Shown here: positions 9,957-19,605 of the stretch, piece after piece
Layout of the letters: every line of letters starts with the position of its first letter
Numbering within the stretch: position 1 is the first letter of the stretch
NCBI GenBank assembly: GCA_009602725.1
Contig: WELB01000013.1
Location: 904,030 to 924,029, forward strand
Reading direction: 5' to 3'
DNA: 20,000 nucleotides
Source of the DNA: Spirogloea muscicola
Lineage: Eukaryota
Translations under genes and position numbers: made by a program
The notes under the pieces: generated by a model
Told to the model about the DNA's origin: nothing
Databases searched by the model: none
What the model saw: the letters and a program-made list of their open reading frames with translations, nothing else

Positions 9957-10240
9957 GAGGGTGGTCAAGTTCCCGGCGCTCCTCCCGAGGAGGGCCGAGA
10001 TTTCGACCACACCCCCCCCCCCCTTTCTGGACGAGCAGGCGGCCTCGGCCTCCGTGGCGGCGACCCCCCCCATTTTGACCCGTGGTTTCTGAGCGGGTCA
10101 ATCGACTGTAGGTTATGTAGGTCTTAAGATGTGCGTGCCTTTGTACTTGGCCATTTGGCCTTCGTTTGTTTCAAATACACGGAATCTTTTTCCCTGGACC
10201 CGGTGGTGCGTGACCGACACGACCAAGGCTAAGGTAAGAC

Positions 10241-10275
10241 ATACTCGGATCACCCAACCGGGGTGATCCGAGTAT
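10241..10275. repeat. Perfect 15-bp inverted repeat, 5-nt loop
   Basis: atactcggatcaccc-aaccg-gggtgatccgagtat. Confidence 0.9.
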
Positions 10276-10352
10276 TTCCGGTCCTTGGCGCCTGCCTCTT
10301 GGCGGACTGCGTAGCCCGCCTCCTCCGACGAGCGTTTGGCGCTCCTGGAATC
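10260..10352 (-). mobile_element. Internal RLE-coding fragment
   Basis: DSRSAKRSSEEAGYAVRQEAGAKDRKYSDHP matches the GxA...KxxKYxDHP segment seen in the 10731-11185 copy (KERKYADHP). Confidence 0.65.
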
Positions 10353-10357
10353 AAAGA

Positions 10358-10524
10358 AGCAAGCGCGGCCAGAGTAACTGGTGGCTGGGAGAGGCCAGCC
10401 CAAAGGAATGGACAAGGTCTGAAGGAGCCGGAGTGCTAAGGACTGAGACAGCAGCAAGCGGACTCTCAGTAACCTCTAGTCGGTAGATGCAAGTCTGAAT
10501 AGCTAGCAGGCGGAAAGACGTCGC
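10358..10524 (-). mobile_element. 5'-truncated subfamily A copy
   Basis: Minus strand GDVFPPASYSDLHLPTRGY* followed by the same UTR, ending ...ggccgcgcttgct. Confidence 0.85.
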
Positions 10525-10583
10525 CAACCCTTAACCCGGCAGTCAAAACGATTTTAGCCGACCGACCCGGTGTAACCCGGCCC

Positions 10584-10729
10584 CTTAGGCTCCTTGCTCT
10601 GGGCCGCCAAACCGACCACGTGCCCGGCGGTCGATGCCGACTTGGCGGGGTTGGCGGAGTCCGACGTAAATCGGTGGTCATCACATCCGCGATGATACGC
10701 GAAATTCCTCCGGGCGGAATGGCGACTAG
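10584..10729 (-). mobile_element. Internal RLE-coding fragment (frameshifted)
   Basis: LVAIPPGGISRIIADVMTTD then, in another frame, SANPAKSASTAGHVVGLAAQSKEPK: resembles the hhhDV....GxA...KxxK part of the PD-(D/E)xK core of CRE-type RLEs. Confidence 0.6.
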
Positions 10730-10730
10730 A

Positions 10731-11185
10731 GAAGAGGGGCTGGCCCCAAAAAAGAATGGACAAAATCCGGAGCCAAAGAAGGTGCCGAATAGAAAAAGTA
10801 CAAAGCAAGACACGAGACGTCAGAGGGAAAGCTAAGTACCCACGAGTGAGCAGCAGCAAGTCCGAGTAAATCGCAGCTGGGGAAGAGGCATTCCGCCTAG
10901 ACCCAGATGCAGCAGCCATTGCGCGGCCAGCTCGCGAGTGGACTGCGTGAGCCATGAAGCGCTGGAACGAGACCGACAGCCGCATGCGAAATACCTGCGC
11001 TGGCAAGCCGGCAGCATTGAAGCTGGGCAGCTCCCCTGGCAGACCCGGCCGCCGATCAATGGCCTGCCGGGCAAGCGGCTGGAGGAGATCCAGCCAGCTA
11101 CTACCAAAAGCCCCGCGGATGTCAATGGCCAGTGCCGCGAATTCATCACCAGCAGGGTGGTCGGCGTACTTACGCTCCTTGCCAC
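10731..11185 (-). mobile_element. RLE retroelement remnant (subfamily B), C-terminal ORF plus 3' UTR
   Basis: RGKERKYADHPAGDEFAALAIDIRGAFGSSWLDLLQPLARQAIDRR...VFRMRLSVSFQRFMAHAVHSRAGRAMAAASG...YSDLLLLTRGY; fits the KxxKY...F.P.A.(E/D)..G..G...L..LA...RLS..LQR..A pattern of the C-terminal restriction-like endonuclease of CRE-type non-LTR elements. Confidence 0.85.
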
Positions 11186-11705
11186 GGGGCAGAATTTCTT
11201 CAACCACTCCGGACTTTTGGACCTTCTTTACTCCTATTAGCTGGGCTCTTATAGCGACTGCCTTCTTTTGGAAGAGCTATTTCTTCTGACTACTTCTGCT
11301 GTTATCACCTCTCATCAGTAGCAGTCGACGGTGGTTGCGTTGGTCCTCGTTTCTGTAACTTGCTCGAGAATAGTGTTTTTCAAGAACATGCACGGCAGTT
11401 GGATGTGCTTCCTGCACATCCTCCCAGAACAGAAGAGGCATAAAGTGCAGCAACTGCAGGTGAACACCACTCCGCATGCATGAATATGTGAAACCGCTGA
11501 GCTCCAGCCACTCGGCTCGAGGTGACGACATGAGTGGGAGATAGGCCGGCCCGCCCGAGGTAACGACATGACGTCGAGGACCACCTGTGCTCGACGTGCT
11601 CGCTCACAAGGTGTTTGAGCGTCTATTGGCAGAGGTCACGGAGAGAAGGCGCGCGGTGCACATAAAATTGAAAGGGAGGCCAATTCTAGCCTTACAAATG
11701 ACCTG

Positions 11706-12100
11706 TTAACTGGGTAATGAGCTGGGTAAGGGGGACACTGAATGATTCCGAGTGAGCACATGCATATCTGACAAGCTATACTGAGGCGCCAAACCTCCAC
11801 CACGGAAGCCATTAGCCTGTGCTAATGCACGACCAGCACGCTGGTGTATCGCGAGTGCCTGGGAGCGTTGTAGACTCAATGATAGCCGCATTCTATAGCA
11901 TGCAACAATGGCTTGCGGGACGCTAGAATGCCCCAAGCTACGCGCCCGACTACGTCGGCGGGCATCGACATGCAGTGCCAGGCGATGGAGGAGGGAAGAC
12001 CACTTCATTCCGTAGCCGCCGTAGATGTCCACGGCGCATGGGAAGAAGTGGTCGTCACGGAGAGATAGTTTCGACGTCTTGCTCCTTGCGGGCGTGATGG
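11706..12100 (-). mobile_element. Divergent RLE retroelement remnant
   Basis: RSKTSKLSLRDDHFFPCAVDIYGGYGMKWSSLLHRLALHVDARRR...YRMRLSLSLQRSQALAIHQRAGRALAQANG...SLSDMHVLTRNH. Confidence 0.8.
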
Positions 12101-12102
12101 AA

Positions 12103-12192
12103 AGCAAGCGCGGCCAGATTAAGTGGTGGCTGGGAGAGGCCAGCCCAAAGGAATGGACAAGGTCTGAAGGAGCCGGAGTGCTGAAGGACTGA
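12103..12192 (-). mobile_element. Subfamily A 3'-end copy
   Basis: agcaagcgcggccagattaagtggtggctgggagaggccagcccaaaggaatggacaaggtctgaaggagccggagtgctgaaggactga; tgatgg at both junctions (12095-12100, 12190-12195). Confidence 0.85.
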
Positions 12193-12298
12193 TGGGAGCG
12201 CCCAGGGTCACTGAGCGGGTCAGGATGTGATGTACAAGCGTAGACGTGCTCTGTACTTAGCCGCTCAGGCCCTCCACCACTCAATACACGCATTACGC

Positions 12299-12354
12299 AT
12301 GTCGTTTCCCCCCCACCTCCCGCCATCGCCCGAGCTCGCACGCAGCGGCAGCGC

Positions 12355-12393
<39 letters not shown>

Positions 12394-12854
12394 TAGCGGC
12401 CGAGGATCGTGCTTGCCTGTCCGCATTGCGACAAAGGCCGCCGCTGGGCCGCGCACGGCGGCGGAGGGCCCCGCGCCGCGCCCCATCAGCGAGGCGGACG
12501 TGCANTCGGCTCCGCTGCGGTGGCAGGCTGCCGGTGCGGGCGCTCAACCAGGCGTCCAAGGATCCGAGGCCGGACGACGGCGGCGGCGGCGGCGGCGGCG
12601 TCAAGGAGGCTGGCGCGCGGCCGCCGCCGCCGCTGCGCCTCCGGCTTTGGGACCGCACCGGCAAGAAGCTGCTGGACGGCCTCTCGAGGGAGGTGCAGCA
12701 GCACATCCTGCTGGAGGAGAGCGACGGCGAGATCAAGGTGCAGGTGGACGTCCTCTTCGTCGTCGTCCTCGTCCCCCTCCTCGTCGCGCTCTCCCGCCTC
12801 GGGCACTACGCCATCTACTTCCTCTTCACGCGCCCCGAGTACATGCAGCTGTAG
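12299..12854 (+). CDS. Hypothetical small membrane protein, possibly plastid-targeted; 5' end uncertain (N at 12505, apparent frame switch)
   Basis: Strongly GC3-biased frame from about 12506 to 12854: ...LPVRALNQASKDPRPDD...RLRLWDRTGKKLLDGLSREVQQHILLEESDGEIKVQVDVLFVVVLVPLLVALSRLGHYAIYFLFTRPEYMQL*, with one hydrophobic helix. The upstream ATG 12299 (MSFPPHLPPSP...poly-Ala) is in a different frame across the N. Confidence 0.55.
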
Positions 12855-13672
12855 CTTGCGGCTTTAGATGACGCCTCATTAGTGTGAGGATTGGTGACTG
12901 TGTCGTAGAACATTGCTTGCGAGGGTAGCCTTGCGAGCAGCAGCATTGGTCTAGCAGCTATCGTGCGTAGCTCGTGTATAGCCAGGCTGGGTGACCGTGG
13001 TTCGTCGGTCTCGGCCACTATGCAGGGTGCTTGATAAGCCCTGTCAGGCTCATTGCTGTTCATTAGCAGCCAGATAGTAGTGTTTCTCACGTTGTGGTAT
13101 GTGCTGATCAACACACAGGTTGCTTGTTGCTTGTTGTCTAAGTATTTGATTCTCTCAGTATGACAACGAAATGCATACCCACCTGGCAGTACTGCAGAGA
13201 GTAATGTGCAGAGTAGTTGATTGACAACTTGGCATAGTGGAGTTGGAGTCTCATCATTATTCTGGCCTGCGAATTGGCCTCCCAACTTGGGCATCCCACC
13301 TCAGAACAGCAGCAATGACCTCTTATGCATAGACTTTGATCATGTACTCCTCTAAGAAGTACACTGGCCATTCCATCAGCTCATCGTTCCCAGCACTAAC
13401 AGCAGGCTGCTGCAACAGCCGTGCCCAATTGTACGAATAGTAATTACTTCCAATGAGAGTAGGATGCAGATAATCAGCTCAGTCGAGCTACCCATGACCT
13501 GTTAGACCTGTTAGAGTCCGACTCTTCAAATCATTGTGATAAGCGACTGTGCACTGCGTGCCCCAGGGCGGCATAGCCAGGCCCGCAAGGGACAGTCCAA
13601 TGCTGTGCAACTGAGCTTGCACTCGTGGCGGGGGCTTTGAGGCTCATTCATAGACAGCACAGCGGCCTCAGC

Positions 13673-16600
13673 CTACGAGAAGCCATGGGTTGGCAAGCTG
13701 CCAAGACCCTGCATCACCTGTCCTTGCCGGAACTGATGCTGCTGCTGCTGCTGCTGCTGCGACTGCTGCTGCTGCTGCTGCTGCTGTGACTGCTGCTGAT
13801 GGAGCTGGCCATAACCTTGCTGAACTGCCTTATAGCCCTGGCCTCCGACTGTGCCTCCAGCTTGCTGGTTGGATGATGGCTGCCCTCCAGAGTTGGGGCG
13901 GAAAATGACCATATCCTGCACATGCAGGTGAATCCATTGTATGTCGTGATCAAGCTATTTTGGCATGGGCTCAATGAGCAGATTGGTAGCAAGTTCAGGC
14001 ATGACTGTGTCCATGTCATCAGTGGAAGGTGCTGTCTGACACCATTGTCAGAACCGTGTAGAACGTAACCCGGGCACAGTGCATCAGTGCATTCTCACAG
14101 CTTGTAACCCTGCACGACTGCTCTTCATGCTTCACTATTGAGACAGTGGAGCAAGCAGATCAACTTTGCCTGCTGTGACAGGCCTGCACAATAGAAGCAA
14201 GCCACTAAAACATGCTCACCTTTGGAAATAGCATCCCAATCATTCGACCGGGTCTATTAGGGGCTGCAGCCAGCAAAAGAGTGTGTGATGGAAGCTGGAT
14301 GACTGCACACTGAAAAAACGCGGGCATACATGTTGGAAGTAAGGACACACAACAGCTCAGTGACACCTGCATGTGTAGAGTATGAGTATGACTGGAAGAT
14401 GGTGTAAAACTTGTCAGCTCTCATGGGATCGTATTTTAAGGATGCACGCCGATAGCTTTGCCCTGCTGCGTCCTTCGTCTTCAGCGCGGGATTCAGCTAA
14501 AACAGGCTGAGTAGTGGCTAGCATGACAATCTCACTCGAACCATACCAGCTTCCTCTCGGCCATCTGGGATAAGAACCCGTGTTGTTGGAGGGGCTTGAA
14601 AATGAGAAGCTCGGCCTTGCCCTGGTACTCCCTATTCATGAATCCAGGGTAATTACAATGCTACAGAAGACTGCCGCACACAAGATGAAATTTTTTCTGA
14701 GCCCTGACACATCCTTTGCTAGGCTTGCGACGCTAATCAGGTACACAGAAACACAGTCCATACTTGCTGTTCATGTAGTCCTTGTTGATGAGGCGCATGA
14801 TCTGCATCGTAGGAGGCCAATCATCTGCCAACCTGCAATCAGTACAAGCTGGGGCATCAAATGAAGCATGAATCTCAGAACGTACCCTTACACCTGGGCT
14901 TCAATTCCAGAGACAAACTCATATGTCATCACTAGAAGACAACCAATCTCACTTGGCAGCTGATGTTGCTTGCGCGTAGCCCTGCAAGTAGGCACATGAA
15001 GCAGAGGTTAGCAATCCAAGAAGCAGGGAAAGCTGTGGCAGGAGTGCGCTTGGCTGCACAGCAGCCGCAGTGCTTGCAAGCTCAACCATGATCATCTCCT
15101 TGCCAAGAGTGAGTGCCAACCACATAGCAAACGCAAAATAATTCAAGGGAGATTCCACCTGCATTTTGCAGAGAGCAACAGGCTGCCCCTGCCTCTGTCC
15201 AGCCAGGAGACCCTGCAGGTCACTCACAGGGTCAAAAGAGAGTGAGCGCACACAAGCAAAGCAATGTGCATGTTGGTCCATGGTGGGTCCCAGGAACCCA
15301 CCTAAAGACAATACGTCATTTAGGTGACATTGTGGACATCCATTTGAGAGGCTGTTTCAGATTCTGATGCCTGCCAGTGCCAGGTCTTGCCTTGTCTTGT
15401 GAATGAAAGAAAGAAGAACTGCATGGACGATGTGATCCAAAATTCTGGGCGCCCTCACCTCCCAAATTATGGTATGTTTGTTATATCCCGTGCCAGGGGC
15501 CTGCTGCTGGGGCACCTGCTGCTGCGTCACGTGCTGCTGCATGCCCGGGGTCACAGTGGACGAGCCGGCCAGGCCCCCAAGCTCAGGCGCCATCAAGCCC
15601 TGGCTGCTCAGGCCCCCCAGGTTCGCCATCATGCCGTGGCCGCCGAGCTGCCCGGATTCTGGCGTGGGCACCACCCCGGGCGTCGGCATCATGGTCGACG
15701 TCTGCACCATCCCCGGCGTCGGCACCATGCTGGACGTCGACACCAGGCCAGGTGTCGGCATCATGCCGGGCGTGGGGACCATTGTCGAGAGCGTGCCCAT
15801 GTTGCCCATCCCCAGGCCCTGGCCCTGGCTGCCGCCCAGCCGCGTCGAGGCCATGGACGGCTGGCTCAACGCCGCCTGATTGACGCCGGGAAGCGGGCCG
15901 GCCTTGCCGTAACCGCCGGCACCTTGGGCCAGTCCCATGCCCGCGCCGCCGGCTTGACCAAGCCCCACGCCGCCGGGCTGGCCCATGCGCATCATGTTCT
16001 GGCCCATGCCCAGGTTGCCCTGCGCCATGCCCACCTGCTGCGGCACGCCCATGTTGCCCTGGCCCAGGCTGCCGAGGCTGCCCTGCGTCATGGCGGCGCC
16101 CTGGCCCATGCCGTAGAGGCCGACATTGGCGGTGTCGGCAGCACCCATGCCCATGCCCACGTCCGCCAGCGCCGCTGCATCCTTCAGGCCGCTGACGCCG
16201 ACGCCCTGGTTGCTGCCAAGGTGGCTCAAGTCCATCATGCCCAGGCCGCTTGGCCCCAAATGGAAGGGCTGCTGCGACAGATTGGACAAGGCTGTCCCCT
16301 GCGATGACATCGACGGCGTCGGCGACCCTGCTGCCTCTCGAGGAGGCCTGATCTGAGGTGCGCCTGCACTGCTGGCGGAGATTGGCTGCATCTGCGGCAT
16401 GTGGGGAACGCCCAGTCCGAGCTCCTGTGCATTGATTGGCAGAATATACAATTTAGCTAGTGTTCAAAGAGTGATGTTGACAATGTCAAAAGAAGGCATA
16501 CTATGACTGCTGTGCATGTGGTGTGTGAACTACCTAACATCATCTGCTTCGCAGACAAGCAGGCCCAAACTGAACGAAGACTGGGGTGCAGCAACGAAGC

Positions 16601-18940
16601 ACCTTCTTCACGGAGGCTCCCATTGGAAGCGCTCCTGGCGGACGTACTTGCGGAGCTATAAGACAGTGACAGAATTCTCCGAGGACGGGGTAAGAAACTT
16701 CTGCAGTGCGCCCTCCTCACATGCAAATGTGCATCAAGATTGGCGAGCCGCTTCTGAGAGTTGTGTTGTGTATATTGCTGATGGATAATAGGGAAATGGA
16801 TGCAAAAGCATAAGGTTGGTCCTCCGTGATCATATACATACGTGACTGAAAGCGATCCGCTTGTAAGGCTCCCACAGGGGGCCCTCCCATCTGGGCGCCC
16901 AGCAGCGCCGGCTGGGGAGGCGCGGGCAGCGGCGGGGCCTGGCTCGCAACGGCCACCTGGCCCTGGAGTGCCCCGTCAGTGGCCCTGGTGGCCGGCGGAG
17001 CGCCGGTGACACGGTGCAGTGCGACCCGCGCCGCCAGGAAGCCCTCGGAGAGGAGGACGAGGTGCTGAGGGTACTGCTTGAGCGCGTCCGCCATGGGCTC
17101 CGCACTTCGCAGGTTCCTCTTGCCCTGAGTGAAGCAGGAAATCTGAGGCATTTAGACACGGAAGATAAGGGCACACATGGAAACGTGACGCAGATCACTG
17201 CGCAGCAAGTTGCTGGCGATCAACACCGATGACTGGCTGACAAAAACAATGTTAGCTCAGAGGGACACAAATTTTTCACCTAAGTGCGGCGTAAATTGGG
17301 TGCATAACATTTTCCACTAGGACCATCATGCCATGCATGCACTGCAGTGCAGGGTGACGCAACCAACAGTGCAGTACATGCCAAGCCAAGGCCAAAGATG
17401 TCTTCTGGCATGACCTTGTTGTACACTTCCTTGAGGGCCTGGATTTGCCGCGGAGCGATGATGGACAGGCTCACTGCGCACTGCACAGGGCAGGTCGACA
17501 CGAGACCATTTAGACGAAGAAGAATGATAATCGGCCATTTGGGCTAGAAGCCCTCCTTCACTTGCGTACAACAGCGCCCTTTTGCCTGGGATGAGGGGGA
17601 GCTCAGTGTACATCACTGCTTGGAGGGGTGACAGCAGAGGCAGGGAGCCAGCATTTGCGTGGTCTTGTCCAGATTCAGTTGCACTTTCAGAGGGAGTGGC
17701 AAAGAATGTAGGGCTCAAGAAGATTCTTCAGAGCTTGAGGCCGCAAGACAAGAGGTCTAAGGGTCCTGGTTCAGAGGGTCTTGGGCTCGGGTTTGAGAGA
17801 AAGTTGGGGGCGTAGTTAGTGGACCGATTTGTTTAGGCCATTGCTTGGACAGGCTCAAGCACCTGCGCAAAGGCCTGGCCCAGCGTCACGGCGTCCGCGA
17901 GCCACCACTGCTCAATGCCGTCCGTTGGGGGCGCGTTACCTGAGCAGGCGGGCTCAAGCTCCATGAGCTCGCAGGCCTGCCTTTGTGATGGCTGTGATCA
18001 ATGTGGTCTGCAACTATGGAGGACAAGAACGGCCGAGCAGGCTGACCTGCCAGGGCCAGAACTGGCGGGCGGGCGATTGGTGTGGCCAGCTTGCGCGGGC
18101 CCGAAGCCGAGACGAGGACCACGTGCTTCTGGCGCTCGATGCCTTGCTGTGGCGGCGGCGTCACCACCGGGCCGGGGCAGCAGAGCTGCAGTGCCGAGCA
18201 GCCAGCACCAGAGAGGCGCAGGCATGTCACGACTCTCGGATGCGGCAATCAGGTGGAAAGGCTTGCAAGAGCACGTCCACTGACCAGCAGCGCCTCAGCC
18301 AGAGCCTCGGCAATGGGAGCCTCGCCGGAGCCGCCGCCGGAGAACGCGAGCGTGTCCAGCCAGCCGGAGAAGACGTCGAGGTCCAGCGTCCAGCCACTCT
18401 GCTGCATCATGCACTCTGCGAGAGCGCAAGCAGCGGCACGACAGGCCGCAGGCGCACAATTGAGTCTACGCTTCTCCAGGTCCTTCTCCTCTTCTTGAGT
18501 ACTCCTCCCTCCTCCAACCCGAACCCTAACCCTAAAACCCCAAACAATGAATCCTAAACCCTAAAGCGCTACAGGATGTGGAGCAGGGCATGGAGGTGAG
18601 CGACAAAGGGGCGGCGAGTGGCTGAAGGGCGGCCGCTCCCACCCGAGTGCAGGCCATAGTTGTGGAAGACGATGAGCGCCATCTCGCCCGGCGGGACTTG
18701 CAGCTTCTGCGCGGGCTCACCACCGGCGCTCGCCCGTCAAGGGCGCTCAGCCGAGGGATGCAGCCATGGCCAGACGGCCAGGCTGCGGCTCGTTCTGCCG
18801 CAGGCGTGGCTGCAGCGCAGCTCACCTGGCCCGCATTGTCGTACCCAGCGAAGGCCCTGCAGGACCGCGCAGCGCCAGGGCTCAGGCGCGGCGGCGCGAG
18901 GCAGTCCTCCTGTCAGCTCTGGCGCACGAAGGAGTGCGGC

Positions 18941-18971
<31 letters not shown>

Positions 18972-19106
18972 GCGGCGGCGGCGGCAAAGGCGGCAAAGGC
19001 GGCACCTCGCGATCTTGTCGACGTACTCGCGGCGCAGGAGCGGCCACGCGGCGCCCAGGGCGGCGTTGCCCTCCACCACGAGCACCAGCTGGCGCTGGGC
19101 CACCAT
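13673..19106 (-). CDS. MED25: Mediator of RNA polymerase II transcription subunit 25 (PFT1-like): vWF-A domain, low-complexity middle, ACID domain, Gln-rich tail
   Basis: 16 GT-AG exons (minus): 19106-19006, 18856-18826, 18706-18643, 18415-18285, 18185-18047, 17939-17863, 17480-17415, 17124-16842, 16655-16603, 16424-15459, 15212-15159, 14981-14953, 14832-14764, 14631-14547, 14309-14220, 13915-13673. Motifs: QLVLVVEGNAALGAAW, SGWTLDLDVFSGWLDTLAFSGGG, AEALAEAL, KHVVLVSAS, HLVLLSEGF, WEGLLAGQRQGQPV, WPPTMQIMRLI, HGFLSQMAERKLCAVIQLPSHTLLL, GMLFPKDMVIFRP; these match plant MED25 as recalled. Confidence 0.96.
13738..13798. repeat. (CTG/CAG)n encoding the poly-Gln of the MED25 C-terminus
   Basis: QQQQSQQQQQQQQSQQQQQQQHQ in the last exon. 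Confidence 0.9.
18516..18565. repeat. Degenerate telomere-like repeats / telo-box in MED25 intron 3
   Basis: aacccgaaccctaaccctaaaaccccaaac...cctaaaccctaaa; AAACCCTA at 18556-18563. Confidence 0.7.
18937..18985. repeat. (GGC)n microsatellite in MED25 intron 1; similar runs at about 12351-12392 and 19252-19277
   Basis: Seen directly. Confidence 0.85.
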
Positions 19107-19109
19107 GGC

Positions 19110-19247
19110 TCACGCCGCCGCCACCGCCGCCGCTGCCGCCGCCGCGGGCGCCAGAGCCGCCACGTCGAGTACCTGGTACGGCACGGGGTGCTGCGACTTG
19201 ACCTCGAATGTGACGGCCTGGCAGTGGCAGGACCCCTCGAGCAGCAT
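19110..19247 (-). CDS. GFA/CENP-V (Mss4-like Zn-binding) N-terminal fragment: uORF, orphan first exon, or fusion exon of MED25
   Basis: MLLEGSCHCQAVTFEVKSQHPVPYQ (19247-19173) has the GxCxCxAVxF opening of GFA-family proteins, followed by CAG|GTACTC; unspliced, it ends at TGA 19112-19110, 3 nt before the MED25 ATG. Confidence 0.6.
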   Translation of the reverse strand: MLLEGSCHCQAVTFEVKSQHPVPYQVLDVAALAPAAAAAAAVAAA

Positions 19248-19386
19248 CTTCCGGCGGCGGCGGCGGCGGCGGCGGCGGAGGTCGCGGCGGCAAACGCGGC
19301 GGTTTTGGCCGGGGACAGTTGTCCCTCGGCACGGAGGTCCTCCTCCGGAACTCGAAGCCCAGTGGCTGTGATGATTCCAAACTGAT

Positions 19387-19430
19387 TCCATTCTTTTGGG
19401 CTGGCCTCTCACAGCCACCAGTCAAGTTGG
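19387..19430 (+). mobile_element. Degenerate subfamily A 3'-end fragment
   Basis: tccattcttttgggctggcctctcacagccaccagtcaagttgg. Confidence 0.7.
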
Positions 19431-19605
19431 AAGCGGTGTTCTCTCTAAATCCAATCCTTAGGCCAAAACCTCGCCTCGCCCCCGAGAAAACAGATATAGC
19501 TCTTCCAATCTGGGGAAGGGGCGCGTTGCGTGTGATAGTGTGCAATGAGAAGAGGCAGGCCTAAAGCCAATGCACTGTTCAGGCATTGCAAGACAAACGG
19601 CTGCG

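Noticed and set aside
10358..11185. TnpB/Fanzor-like RNA-guided nuclease with a right-end guide RNA
   Set aside because: The fixed end plus variable flank is superficially similar, but the protein fragments show RLE motifs, with no RuvC or CxxC zinc-finger motifs.
11277..11607. Short Cys-rich or helical minus-strand ORFs
   Set aside because: No recognisable motif, no codon bias and no coherent exon chain.
13183..13191. 9-nt microexon (cag|TACTGCCAG|gtggg, YCQ) as a continuation of the GFA exon, with MED25 nested in its intron
   Set aside because: No following CxxCRK exon could be found in the window, so a chance match is likely; testable with RNA-seq.
17326..17718. 130-aa ORF in MED25 intron 6
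   Set aside because: Overlaps a true exon in another frame, has no ATG start, and is not needed for the MED25 model.
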